Shown here one piece after another: positions 54,795-64,000 of a stretch of DNA of 64,000 nucleotides (positions within the stretch are counted from its first letter, which is position 1; each line of letters opens with the position of its first letter). A program made the position numbers and the translations under genes. Where the stretch lies: the NCBI GenBank assembly GCA_050944835.1, contig JBMNRV010000001.1:31212-95211 (forward strand), in the 5' to 3' direction. The notes under the pieces are model-generated. The model was not told the origin of the DNA. It did not search any database and saw only the letters and a program-made list of their open reading frames with translations. Source of the DNA: Kiritimatiellia bacterium (GTDB lineage Bacteria; Verrucomicrobiota; Kiritimatiellia; JAAZAB01).

Positions 54795-55558
54795 TTGGCC
54801 TGCCGCTCCAGTTCGGGTTGGTATTGTTTGTAAAACGCGATGATTTTTAACGCTCTGCTCCGGGTTTGAGCGCCTTGCAACATCCGATGCAACGGTTCTG
54901 GATAGCGTTTCAGGCGATCCAGCGCCCAAGCTAATGGGTCTTGCCGGCGAGCCAATAGGGCGGCATGTGTCTCCTTGGAAACGTACCCGTCTTCCAAGGC
55001 GATTTGCCAGGCGGCTTGATCCAGCGGTACGACGGATGCTAATGGCAACTTTAATTCGCGCATGACATTCAAACCTTCTTCCATGCGGTCAACGAATGAT
55101 GCCACGCCGACTATCTTGCCGCCACGGCGTGCTACCAGTGGCTGCCAATAATCGCGGACGGATGAACCCTCGTTGTTTAAATCCACCACATGCAGCACCC
55201 GTTGGCCGTTGAGGTCGGCGCCCAGTATTCGCCCGTCCTTGTAAATTTTAATATGCGGTTTGCGCATGGCGACGGCGCATGGATTGGAAAAATCCCAGTC
55301 GCGGGTTTCGCCGCCGGCGATCACATCAAATTCAATTCCCCAATCCCGGATTAATTTGACCAGCGATTCAATTGCTGTGGCATAGGCTTCGCCGTCTTTT
55401 TCAATGTTTACGCTTTGAACATAATAAGGGCCGATTTGCCCGGATGTGTAAGGGAACCAAGGGGTGTGCTCATCAATGAAACGGAATCCGTCAGCCTGCA
55501 GCAACCGCCGGAGATTGACGGCCTGCAGTTCCCGATTAATGTAAATTTGATCTGACAT
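54791..55558 (-). CDS. phosphoribosyltransferase, orotate PRTase-like (atypically long, 255 aa)
   Basis: The ATG at 55558 gives MSDQIYINREL. PRPP loop VLHVVDLNNEGSS. The 441-aa ORF extension lies in repeat R-i. Confidence 0.65.
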   Translation of the reverse strand: MSDQIYINRELQAVNLRRLLQADGFRFIDEHTPWFPYTSGQIGPYYVQSVNIEKDGEAYATAIESLVKLIRDWGIEFDVIAGGETRDWDFSNPCAVAMRKPHIKIYKDGRILGADLNGQRVLHVVDLNNEGSSVRDYWQPLVARRGGKIVGVASFVDRMEEGLNVMRELKLPLASVVPLDQAAWQIALEDGYVSKETHAALLARRQDPLAWALDRLKRYPEPLHRMLQGAQTRSRALKIIAFYKQYQPELERQAN

Positions 55559-55640
55559 AGTTGTGCGCACAATCAAAGGCATCAATATATACCAGGGTGG
55601 TACAATACACCAAGCGCTGGCGGAAATCAATTCAGCAGTT

Positions 55641-56208
55641 TGTGTTTGGCGCAGATTCACGGCATCATACTGGGGGGAGAACCACGGATGGACACGGATG
55701 AACACTGATAACGGAGAGAGGAACCGCCAAGACGCCAAAAACGCCAAGGGGGGAGGAAAACGAAACAGAGATCTCACGCAGAGGCGCGGAGACGCAGAGA
55801 AGAGGTGCCGCAGATGGTCGCAGATTAACGCAGATTTTACCAGAGATACTGGCTGACTAAAATGGCATGTCGCGCTGTCCGCTATGCGGACATGGATCGG
55901 CGGATACCCGGATACACGAATTAATTCGCGTATCAGGGTATCAACCGATCCGCCAGACCGGCAGATGCCGGTCAGCACAGCATGCGTTAATCTGAAAATC
56001 TTGTGGCTACCCTCTTTCCAGTCTTCCCCTCTTGTGCTAATTCTGTTCCCTAAATTTCCTCCTCCGTGATCTCCGTGTCTCCGTGTGAGACTCTCTGGTT
56101 CATCATCAGTGTCCATCAGTGTTCATCCGTGGTTCCTTTCCTGTATTTGTGGTTTCATTTTATCTCGTTTCCATTTTTAGGGTAAACTTGCCAATTGCCG
56201 AATATAGG
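55641..56208. mobile_element. mosaic palindromic element R-i (degenerate left end, D core +, B end, extra inverted A-end fragment)
   Basis: GAACCACGGATGGACACGGATGAACACTGAT, CCGCCAAGACGCCAAAAACGCCAAGG ... CATTTTATCTCGTTTCCATTTTTAGGG TAAACTTGCCAATTGCCGAATATAGG. Confidence 0.75.
55874..55987 (+). repeat. D module copy 4
   Basis: The stem pair GATACCC / GGGTATC replaces GACACCC / GGGTGTC (a double, pairing-preserving change). Confidence 0.85.
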
Positions 56209-56223
56209 TTAAAATATCGCTCA

Positions 56224-57426
56224 ATGCATACACGCACTATATTGCATGTGGATATGGATGCTTTTTATGCCTCCATTGAGCAGCGGGACCATCCGGAATG
56301 GCGTGGCCTTCCGGTAGTGGTGGGCGCGCCACCCGACCGGCGCGGGGTAGTCTCGGCCGCATCTTACGAGGCGCGCCGTTTCGGTGTGCATTCGGCTATG
56401 CCCTCGCGCACGGCGGGGCGCTTATGTCCGCAGGCGATTTTTTGTCCAGTGGATATGCCGCGCTATGAGGCGGTCTCGCGTCAGGTGTTTGGCATTTTCG
56501 ATCGGTTCACGCCGTTGGTTGAACCGTTGTCACTGGATGAGGCGTTTTTGGATGTTACCGGCGCCCGTAGTTTGTTCGGTGACGGTCCGGAAATCGCCCG
56601 GCGTATTCGCGCGGCTATTCTTGCCGAAACCCAACTGACGGCTTCCGTGGGTGTCGCGCCGAATAAATTTCTGGCTAAACTTGCTGGCGATTTGCACAAG
56701 CCGGACGGTTTGACTGTGACACCGACGGAGCCCGCGGCCATCGCCGCTTTTTTGCGTCCATTGCCAGTGGCGCGGATTTTTGGGGTAGGGCGGGCGACTC
56801 AGGCCATACTGACACGTCTGGGTATCCGTTCTATCGGCGACCTGCAGGATCATCCGCTGGAAAGTTTGACGCGGGCATTGGGGCGTAGCGCGGCACAGGA
56901 AATTATGGCGTTGGCGTTCGGACATGATGAACGAGAGGTGGAGCCGGCATCCATCCGCAAAAGCATCGGGCGTGAATATACCTTTGACGAAGATTGCAGC
57001 TCGCCGGCGGAAGTAAGGCGGATGTTGCTGATGTTAGTGGAGGATGTCGGTGCGCAATTGCGCGCTAAGAATATGACCGCTGCCGGAGTGCGCTTGAAGT
57101 TGCGTTGGAAAAATTTTACCACTATTACACGCCAACAAGCCTTATCACAATCTTTCAGCGACGATATGACTTTGCGAAGCGCGGCTTTGAGCTTGTTTGA
57201 CGCCATACCGTGGGCTGGCCCGGTGCGGTTGATAGGTGTTGCCCTTTACAATTTGAATGCCGGAAATAGTGGGCAATTGGCGCTGCCACTGGACGACTCC
57301 GTAAACCGGGCCCGTTGGGAAAAATTGAGCCGTAGCATTGACGATGTCCGCCGCCGCTATGGGGCAGACAGTCTGATTTCCGGTAGTCGTCTGGACGGAG
57401 ATGCCGCCTCGCCGCCATCGCCATAA
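56224..57426 (+). CDS. dinB: DNA polymerase IV
   Basis: The ATG at 56224 gives MHTRTILHVDMDAFYASIEQ. Also SLDEAFLDVT and Y-family little-finger region. Confidence 0.9.
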   Translation: MHTRTILHVDMDAFYASIEQRDHPEWRGLPVVVGAPPDRRGVVSAASYEARRFGVHSAMPSRTAGRLCPQAIFCPVDMPRYEAVSRQVFGIFDRFTPLVEPLSLDEAFLDVTGARSLFGDGPEIARRIRAAILAETQLTASVGVAPNKFLAKLAGDLHKPDGLTVTPTEPAAIAAFLRPLPVARIFGVGRATQAILTRLGIRSIGDLQDHPLESLTRALGRSAAQEIMALAFGHDEREVEPASIRKSIGREYTFDEDCSSPAEVRRMLLMLVEDVGAQLRAKNMTAAGVRLKLRWKNFTTITRQQALSQSFSDDMTLRSAALSLFDAIPWAGPVRLIGVALYNLNAGNSGQLALPLDDSVNRARWEKLSRSIDDVRRRYGADSLISGSRLDGDAASPPSP

Positions 57427-57500
57427 TGCATAATGCCGGTATAGGATAAAGTCCACACCTAAAATCCAGTGGATTTTTTTGGGAAAGTCCACTAAATAGT

Positions 57501-57529
57501 TTGGCTTAACAAACGGTTTGCTGTATAAT
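57501..57529 (+). promoter_or_regulatory. candidate sigma70-type promoter for purB
   Basis: TTGGCT, 17 nt, TATAAT, about 80 nt upstream of the purB ATG. Confidence 0.4.
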
Positions 57530-57609
57530 TTCGCCGTTTCTTTGTGGCACGGCGCAAAATTGCGCGGCGATGGATATCGGTTTGTCAGTGAGCTTACACG
57601 AGCGCCTTT

Positions 57610-58989
57610 ATGAGCATACATCCCATAGAGTTTCGTTATTATTCTGATGAAATGCGCGCCTTGTTCACCGAGGAAGCGCGCTTAAATAATTGGTTGAAAG
57701 TCGAGGCGGCATTAGCCCGGGCACATGCCCGTTTAGGCCACATCCCCAAGTCCGCAGCCGCTGAAATCACCCGTAAAGCCGACACGCGCCACGTTAAGTT
57801 GGCGCGGGTCAAAGCCATCGAAAATGAAATCCACCATGACCTCATGGCAATGGTGCGGGCATTGACGGAGGTCTGTGCCGGTACAGCCGGACGCTTTGTA
57901 CACTTGGGAGCGACTTCTTACGATATCGAAGATACAGCGCTGGCCTTGCAACTGTCTGCTGCGTTGAAGGTTATCCGCCGGCTGACTTTGGAAACCCGCG
58001 ATTTACTGCTCGATTGGGCCGAGCGGACTCAGCGCTTGGTGTGCGTCGGGCGTACCCATGGACAGCATGCCGTGCCGACAACTTATGGTTTGAAGTTTGC
58101 TATATGGGCTTGCGAGTTTCAACGGACGTTGGAGCGAATTGATCAAGCAATGCCGCGTCTGCGAGTCGGGCAGATGACCGGAGCGGTTGGCACACAAGCC
58201 AGTTTTGGACCGGATGCCGCTGAATTGCAGCGGCTGGTGATGGCGGACTTGGAGCTGGAGCCGGTGTCGGTTTCTAATCAGGTGATTCAACGCGACCGGC
58301 ATGCCGAGGTGGTTTTTCTGTTGGCGTTGCTGGCATCCGCCGGGGAGAAAATCGCTTTGGAAATCCGCAATTTGCAGCGCACGGAAATCGGCGAAATTTA
58401 CGAGCCGTTCAGCGCGAGCCAGGTTGGTTCTTCCACTATGCCTCAGAAACGCAATCCGCACAAATGCGAGCGGATTTGCTCTGTGTCCCGTATTATTCGC
58501 GCGCAAGTGGCGCCGGCGATGGAAAATATACCGTTGGAACATGAGCGGGATTTGACAAATTCAGCCGCTGAACGTGTAATCTTTCCGGAAAGTTTTGTTT
58601 TGACGGATTACCTGCTGCGTCAACTTCAGGCCGTGTTACGCGGCTTGACCATGGATGAACGGCGCATCCGGCGTAATCTTGAATTGACCGGTGGTCTGAT
58701 TATGAGTGAACGCGTTATGTTGGGGTTGACGGCACACGGTCTGGGGCGTCAGGAGGCACATGAGATTTTGCGTCAGGCCGCCGGTGCGGCTTTTGTTTCC
58801 GGACGGACTTTATATGAAGTATTGCTGGAGAACAAACAGGTGACGGCGGTATTGTCGTCGCGGGAATTGGAAAAATTGTTGGATCCGGCCGAATATATTG
58901 GCACGGCTGTTGCACAAGTTAAAAATGTTTTAAAAAAATACCGTCGGGTGTCTAAGCGCAGGTCAGCCACTCGCCGGAAAACCGGATGA
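57610..58989 (+). CDS. purB: adenylosuccinate lyase
   Basis: Fumarate-lyase signature region SSTMPQKRNP; 459 aa. Confidence 0.9.
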   Translation: MSIHPIEFRYYSDEMRALFTEEARLNNWLKVEAALARAHARLGHIPKSAAAEITRKADTRHVKLARVKAIENEIHHDLMAMVRALTEVCAGTAGRFVHLGATSYDIEDTALALQLSAALKVIRRLTLETRDLLLDWAERTQRLVCVGRTHGQHAVPTTYGLKFAIWACEFQRTLERIDQAMPRLRVGQMTGAVGTQASFGPDAAELQRLVMADLELEPVSVSNQVIQRDRHAEVVFLLALLASAGEKIALEIRNLQRTEIGEIYEPFSASQVGSSTMPQKRNPHKCERICSVSRIIRAQVAPAMENIPLEHERDLTNSAAERVIFPESFVLTDYLLRQLQAVLRGLTMDERRIRRNLELTGGLIMSERVMLGLTAHGLGRQEAHEILRQAAGAAFVSGRTLYEVLLENKQVTAVLSSRELEKLLDPAEYIGTAVAQVKNVLKKYRRVSKRRSATRRKTG

Positions 58990-59046
58990 TGCCTGGTTGC
59001 GGCCGGCATAAATGATGCGCCGCGGGAACCGTCAAAGGAGTTCAAT

Positions 59047-60333
59047 ATGTCGTCAGTTGTGATTATAGGCGCCCAATGGGGTGATGAAGGCAAAGGCAAG
59101 ATTGTGGATGCATTGGCTGACAAGGCCGATGTGGTAGTGCGGTTTCAAGGTGGCGACAATGCCGGGCACACGGTGTATTTTGACGGCAAGAAGCACGTTT
59201 TTCATATTTTGCCAAGCGGAATTTTGCGTTCTGGAGTTTTGAACATCATCGGCGGCGGCGTGGCCATGAATCCTGTCCGCCTGGCGGAAGAATTGAAGCA
59301 AATTGGTGTGCCTGAGTCCGAATTGAAGCAACGCTTGCGCATCAGCGGGGAAACCCACTTGATTCTTCCATGCCATCCGGCGCTGGACCGGGTGTCGGAA
59401 CAGAGTATGGGTAGCGATAAAATCGGCACAACGTTGCGCGGTATCGGGCCGTCTTATGCCGACCGGGCGGCGCGTATCGGTGTGCGGGTGGCGGACGTGT
59501 TGGATGAGGATTATTTCCGTACGCGTGTGCGGGCTTGTCTGGCTGCCAAGCGCAACTTGTTGCCGGCAGATCAAGCCGATGTATTGGATGAGGATCGCAC
59601 AGTGCGCGAAACTCTGAATTTGATGCGTCCCTGGCGCGACCTGATTGCTGACACCGCCGTTCTGTTGCACCGGGCGCGTGCCGCAGGTAAAAATATTCTA
59701 TATGAGGGTGCGCAGGGCACCATGTTGGATGTCAATGCCGGTTCTTATCCATACGTTACTTCTTCGCATACCATCGCCGGTGGAGTCTGTGTCGGCGCCT
59801 GTATCGGACCTGGGGCGATGGACAAGGTGTTTGGTGTGGCCAAGGCCTATGCCACGCGTGTAGGCGAGGGACCATTCCCCAGCGAATTGAATGATGCCGT
59901 TGGCGAGCGGTTGCGTGATTTGGGCGGTGAATATGGCGCCACTACCAACCGCCCCCGGCGTTGCGGCTGGCTGGACTTGGTTCAATTGCGCCGCGCGGCG
60001 ATGGTGAACGGCTTGAATGGACTGGTAATTACCAAGATGGATGTGCTGGATACGTTTGATAGTATCGGCGTCTGTGTGGCTTATGACGTCGGTGGCCGAC
60101 GTGTTGAGGAAATGCCAATCAATCCCATTGAGCTGCGTGATGCTAAACCGATATACGAATTTTGGCCCGGTTGGCGCGCGCCCACCGGAACAGCGCGCAC
60201 TTATAGCGCCTTGCCGGTTAATGCGCGGCGATATATCGCTCAAATTGAAAAACGCGTCGGTGTGCCGGTGGTAATCGTCTCTGCCGGGCCCGACCGCACT
60301 CAGATGATTATGCGCCGAAAAATATTTTCCTGA
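59047..60333 (+). CDS. purA: adenylosuccinate synthetase
   Basis: GAQWGDEGKGK P-loop and GTTLRGIGP motif. Confidence 0.95.
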   Translation: MSSVVIIGAQWGDEGKGKIVDALADKADVVVRFQGGDNAGHTVYFDGKKHVFHILPSGILRSGVLNIIGGGVAMNPVRLAEELKQIGVPESELKQRLRISGETHLILPCHPALDRVSEQSMGSDKIGTTLRGIGPSYADRAARIGVRVADVLDEDYFRTRVRACLAAKRNLLPADQADVLDEDRTVRETLNLMRPWRDLIADTAVLLHRARAAGKNILYEGAQGTMLDVNAGSYPYVTSSHTIAGGVCVGACIGPGAMDKVFGVAKAYATRVGEGPFPSELNDAVGERLRDLGGEYGATTNRPRRCGWLDLVQLRRAAMVNGLNGLVITKMDVLDTFDSIGVCVAYDVGGRRVEEMPINPIELRDAKPIYEFWPGWRAPTGTARTYSALPVNARRYIAQIEKRVGVPVVIVSAGPDRTQMIMRRKIFS

Positions 60334-60480
60334 AGCCCTGCTGTGATATGCCCGGTGTTGTCAGCTGTTTAAGGCTTGTGGATAATTGTTGTGGTGTCGT
60401 GGTAGGCGCAATCTCGTGCTTGTATCCATTCGGCGAATCCGGAGAGTTCCCTGAATTTCAAATGTCGGATATAAGGTTAA

Positions 60481-61548
60481 ATGTCTTTCCCACAAATTAA
60501 AGGTTATGAAATGCTCCGCCAGCTGGGTGAAGGCGGCATGGGTACGGTTTATCTGGCGCGCCAGATTTCGCTGAACCGCATGGTAGCGGTGAAAGTCCTA
60601 CCGGAAGCATTGACGGATGACCCGGTTTATGTAATGCGGTTCCGCCAGGAAGCTAAAGCGGCGGCACAGCTTAACCATAACAATCTGGTGCAGATTTATG
60701 ATGCCGGCATTGAGGATGGCGTCTTTTATTTCGTCATGGAATATGTTGACGGCGAGAGCGCCGGACGCCGTGTGCATCGCAAAGGACGACTGGAAGAGGA
60801 AACCACTTTATTGATCGGTGAGTCGGTGGCGGCGGCGCTGGAGTATGCTTGGAATAATGCCCGTCTGGTTCATCGTGACATCAAGCCGGATAATATCCTG
60901 ATAGACGGCGACGGCACGGTAAAAATTGCCGATCTGGGGTTGGCGAAAATAGTCGGCGCCGGCGCGGGCGGAATCACCATAACGAAAATGATGATCGGCA
61001 CTCCTTATTATTGCTCGCCTGAACAGGCGCGCGGGGAGTCGCATATTGACTACCATGCCGATATTTACGCGTTGGGCGCAACCATGTATCACATGGTTAC
61101 CGGTTATGTTCCCTTTAACGAAGATTCTGGCGTCGCGGCCATAATGCGCAATGTTACGGACTTCCTGCCTGACCCAAGAGAGCGCAATCCCGGTCTTTCG
61201 GAAAATCTGGGCTGGCTCTTGGAAATTATGATGGCCAAGCAACCGTCGGACAGACAGGCGGATTGGGCCGGAGTGCTGGCCGATATTGACCGTGTGTTGC
61301 ACGGCGCCCGGCCGTTGACTCCGCCGCCACCGGAAGGTCGTAGCACGGTGGCGCGTGGCGCGCGCCGCTTAGCGCCCAAACCACGTCCGGCGCCGATGCC
61401 GGCACGGCCCGCCAAGCGCTTATTGCGGGTTTTTTTAGTTGTAGCATCGGTTTGTGCGGTTGTCTTGTTAGCCGTCTGGCTGAAAATGGAATTAATGCAT
61501 GACGCCCAGCCGTCAACGCCGCCGGATGCTGATTTGCTTTTACCTTAA
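60481..61548 (+). CDS. Hanks-type serine/threonine protein kinase with C-terminal membrane anchor
   Basis: GEGGMGTVY, VAVK, HRDIKPDNIL, DLGLA and SPEQ motifs, followed by TM segment VFLVVASVCAVVLLAVWL. Confidence 0.9.
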   Translation: MSFPQIKGYEMLRQLGEGGMGTVYLARQISLNRMVAVKVLPEALTDDPVYVMRFRQEAKAAAQLNHNNLVQIYDAGIEDGVFYFVMEYVDGESAGRRVHRKGRLEEETTLLIGESVAAALEYAWNNARLVHRDIKPDNILIDGDGTVKIADLGLAKIVGAGAGGITITKMMIGTPYYCSPEQARGESHIDYHADIYALGATMYHMVTGYVPFNEDSGVAAIMRNVTDFLPDPRERNPGLSENLGWLLEIMMAKQPSDRQADWAGVLADIDRVLHGARPLTPPPPEGRSTVARGARRLAPKPRPAPMPARPAKRLLRVFLVVASVCAVVLLAVWLKMELMHDAQPSTPPDADLLLP

Positions 61549-61578
61549 AACCGGCATTTGCAAAGCGGATAATGCTGT

Positions 61579-62158
61579 CCTAAAACTGCGGCAGTTGGCA
61601 AAACAGAGGTTTAGCCACAAAAAGGCAAGAAGCACAAGGAGGAAGGACGGAGGAATTGAACCGCCAAGAACGCCAAGAAAGAAACAGACAAGAATGAAAC
61701 CGCAGATAGGCGCAGATTGACGCAGAGGCGGGGAAGCTCACACGGAGACGCAGAGAACACGGAGGAAAGAACCGGATGGAAAGTAGATACGTATTAGGAA
61801 ATGGATTAACCACGCCTGCCGCGCTGACCGGCATCTGCCGGTCTGACGGATCGGCTGACACCCTGATACGCGAATTCATTCGTGTATCCGGGTGTCCACC
61901 GATCCATGTCCGCATAGCGGACAGCGTGGCATTTATAGATGATCTTTTCCCTAATTCGTGTCTATCCTCTCCATGATCTCTGTGTTGTCATCCTATTCCG
62001 TCCACCCTTAGCGTTCTTGGCGCCTTGGCGGTTCAATCCTATTAGTGTCCATCCGGTTCCTCTTCTCCGAGTATCCCTCTCCCAATCTGTGCCAATCTGC
62101 GTAAATCTGTGGTTCCACCGTTTTATCTCGTTTCCTGAATTTCAAATGCCGTTTTAAG
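61579..62158. mobile_element. mosaic palindromic element, full-length copy R-j (A end, D core -, B end)
   Basis: CCTAAAACTGCGGCAGTTGGCAAAAC ... CCACCGTTTTATCTCGTTTCCTGAATTTCAAATGCCGTTTTAAG. Confidence 0.8.
61812..61925 (-). repeat. D module copy 5 (reverse orientation)
   Basis: The reverse complement matches copy 3 almost exactly, including the flanks TTAGGGAAAAGATCATCTATAAATGCCAC and GGTTAATCCATTTCCTAATACGTATCTAC. Confidence 0.85.
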
Positions 62159-62162
62159 ACCG

Positions 62163-63926
62163 TTAAAACAATCCCTGAACCTGGCCGGTGGCGGTGTTCA
62201 CGTCCACACGCATGAATGCCGGCCGTGATGCAGTGCCGGGCATAAGACTGATTTCGCCGGTTACAGGAACTATCAAGCCGGCGCCGTGGTAGGCCAGCAC
62301 ATCCCGCACTGGTAGTCGCCAGCCCCGCGGTCTGCCTTTGGCCTGTGGATCATGTGACAGGCTTAAATGCGTTTTGGCCATGCAGATGCCCCATTTCCCG
62401 GTGATTGGGTCGGCTTGCAATTCCGCCAGTTTGGCGTCGGCGATAGGCGTATAATCTACACCGTCAGCGCCGTAAACTTCACCGGCGATGGCGGCAATCT
62501 TCTCCTTTAACGGCTGTTCCATCTGATACAGAAAACGGAATTGTGACGGCTGATCGGCAGCGGCGGCTACAACTTCGGCAAATTCCGCTGCGCCTGCTCC
62601 GCCACTTTCCCAGTGTCGTGAAACCACCGCTTGAGCGCCGGCTTGTTCGGCGAGTTTTATGACAAGGCGTGTTTCATCGGGAGTGTCAGACGGGAAGTGG
62701 TTGATGCAGACTACTGGAGTAATCCCGCTTTTACGGACAATTTCAATGTGCGCCGCCAGATTGGCGCAGCCGGCTTCAACCAGTTCCGGGGCTGGTTGCG
62801 TGTAAACCGGCGGCAATGGTGCGCCGGGTTTTACGGCCGGGCCACCGCCATGCATCTTCAGCGCCCGGATAGTGGCGACAATCACTACCGCATCTGGGCG
62901 CAACCCGGCCAGGCGGCATTTCAGATTCCAGAATTTTTCATAACCGATGTCAGCGCCGAAGCCGCTTTCGGTAATGTGGTAATCCCACAAACGCAGACCG
63001 ACTCGATCGGCAATGATCGAACTTTGGCCCAGGGCGATATTAGCAAACGGGCCGGCATGTACCAGCATCGGCTGCCCTTCCATAGTTTGCAGCAAGTTGG
63101 GGTTGATGGCTTCGATCAGCCAGGCAGTCATCGCGCCATCTACTTGCAGGTCAGCAGTTGTGATAGGCGTACCATGGCGGCTGTGGGCGACAACCATACG
63201 TCCGATGCGCTCCCGTAAATCCGCCAGATCGTTGGCCATAGCCAGGATGGCCATAACTTCGCTGGAAACGGAGATTTGGAAGCCGGAGGGCATTTCAACT
63301 CCGTCTAGTTTGCCGCCCTGTCCGATGATGATGTTCCGCAGCGCCTGTGCGCAAAAATCAATCGCCCAGCGCAATTCGACGCGTTGAGGGTCTATATCCA
63401 GCCGCTGCAAACCTAGTGTTTGCAGGCGGGCATCGTCATAATTGCGTTCATGTTGCATGCGGGCGGTTAATGCGACCATTGCCAGATTATGGGCATTGGT
63501 CACGGCGTCAATGTCGCCGGTCAGCCGGATGGAAAAAGGCGTCAGAGGAATGCACTGGGCGCGTCCGCCACCGGCGGCGGATCCCTTGATGTTCCATGTC
63601 GGCCCGCCGCTAGGTTGGCGAATGGCGCCGCCGGCAATTTTCCCGATATGCCCGAGCCCTTGAATCAGGCCGATGGCGGCGGTGGTTTTGCCTTCACCTA
63701 ATGGAGTAGGGGTGATGGCGGTGATATTAATGAATTTGCCACGCGGTTTGTCAGGCAGTCGCCGCATAACGGCTGCGGCATCCACTTTAGCTATGGCGCG
63801 ACCCATGGGAATCAATTCCGATTCCAAAATACCGTTGGCAGCGGCCAGTTGCGTCGGCGACAGCATCTGTGATTCGGCGTCAGCGGCCAGTTGCCAGTCT
63901 GAGAGTGTTTCACAGGGGTTCGTCAT
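62163..63926 (-). CDS. fhs: formate--tetrahydrofolate ligase
   Basis: TPTPLGEGKTT P-loop; 587 aa with full-length resemblance. Confidence 0.95.
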   Translation of the reverse strand: MTNPCETLSDWQLAADAESQMLSPTQLAAANGILESELIPMGRAIAKVDAAAVMRRLPDKPRGKFINITAITPTPLGEGKTTAAIGLIQGLGHIGKIAGGAIRQPSGGPTWNIKGSAAGGGRAQCIPLTPFSIRLTGDIDAVTNAHNLAMVALTARMQHERNYDDARLQTLGLQRLDIDPQRVELRWAIDFCAQALRNIIIGQGGKLDGVEMPSGFQISVSSEVMAILAMANDLADLRERIGRMVVAHSRHGTPITTADLQVDGAMTAWLIEAINPNLLQTMEGQPMLVHAGPFANIALGQSSIIADRVGLRLWDYHITESGFGADIGYEKFWNLKCRLAGLRPDAVVIVATIRALKMHGGGPAVKPGAPLPPVYTQPAPELVEAGCANLAAHIEIVRKSGITPVVCINHFPSDTPDETRLVIKLAEQAGAQAVVSRHWESGGAGAAEFAEVVAAAADQPSQFRFLYQMEQPLKEKIAAIAGEVYGADGVDYTPIADAKLAELQADPITGKWGICMAKTHLSLSHDPQAKGRPRGWRLPVRDVLAYHGAGLIVPVTGEISLMPGTASRPAFMRVDVNTATGQVQGLF

Positions 63927-63956
63927 ATCAGTCCCTCTATTGATTCAGTGTGTTGT

Positions 63957-64000
63957 CTTAAAAAAACGGCAGTTGGTAAGTTTGTCGTGGATACGGCGGG
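63957..64000. repeat. start of another mosaic element (A-type end), truncated by the window edge
   Basis: CTTAAAAAAACGGCAGTTGGTAAGTTTGTCGTGGATACGGCGGG resembles CCTAAAACTGCGGCAGTTGGCAAGTTTGTCGCAGATGCGCGG. Confidence 0.6.

Noticed and set aside
54795-54929. The upstream 45 codons of the pyrC ORF (MGAGSPETLS..).
   Set aside because: They would overlap the 3' end of the upstream PRTase gene by 139 nt. The conserved DPHVH motif starts right after the TTG at 54794. This is kept as an uncertainty note only.

Overview
This is a 64-kb chromosomal window from a GC-rich, Gram-negative-type bacterium; I cannot assign a taxon from the sequence alone. About 45 housekeeping genes are recognisable: ygiQ-like radical SAM, Memo-like, ppx-ppk1-pfk, a dsbD-like gene, ilvC, a sensor kinase, hemW, clpB, proS, an EIIA-fused mgtE, tsaD, ctpA, htrA, argF-pyrB, argG-pyrC-pyrE-like, dinB, purB, purA, a Ser/Thr kinase, fhs and two tRNA-Pro genes. 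Three things stand out. (1) An accessory island of about 9 kb (about 23.3-32.3 kb) lies between a GntR/LacI-type regulator and clpB. It is visibly more AT-rich than its flanks. It carries about 10 short + strand genes for secreted, lipoprotein or membrane proteins, plus an FMN-reductase-like gene and an FGE-domain gene. The gene blocks are separated by five co-oriented copies of one repeat bounded by 31-33-nt inverted repeats, with YD/RHS-repeat gene remnants mixed in. No recombinase or transposase gene is present in the window. This is my best candidate for an undescribed cassette, switch or recombination system. (2) A very dense family of mosaic, palindromic intergenic elements of about 0.6 kb is present (at least 10 copies or fragments, about 7 percent of the window by hand tally). 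Their centre is a conserved 114-nt three-hairpin module that shows compensatory substitutions and occurs in both orientations relative to the element ends. (3) Smaller oddities: a 10/11-bp tandem array next to a beta-class DNA methyltransferase that abuts a tRNA-Pro gene, an inverted segmental duplication of an SGNH esterase gene 39 kb apart, and two TTGA stop/start overlaps. All calls rest on reading the sequence and the supplied ORF translations; no database search was run.
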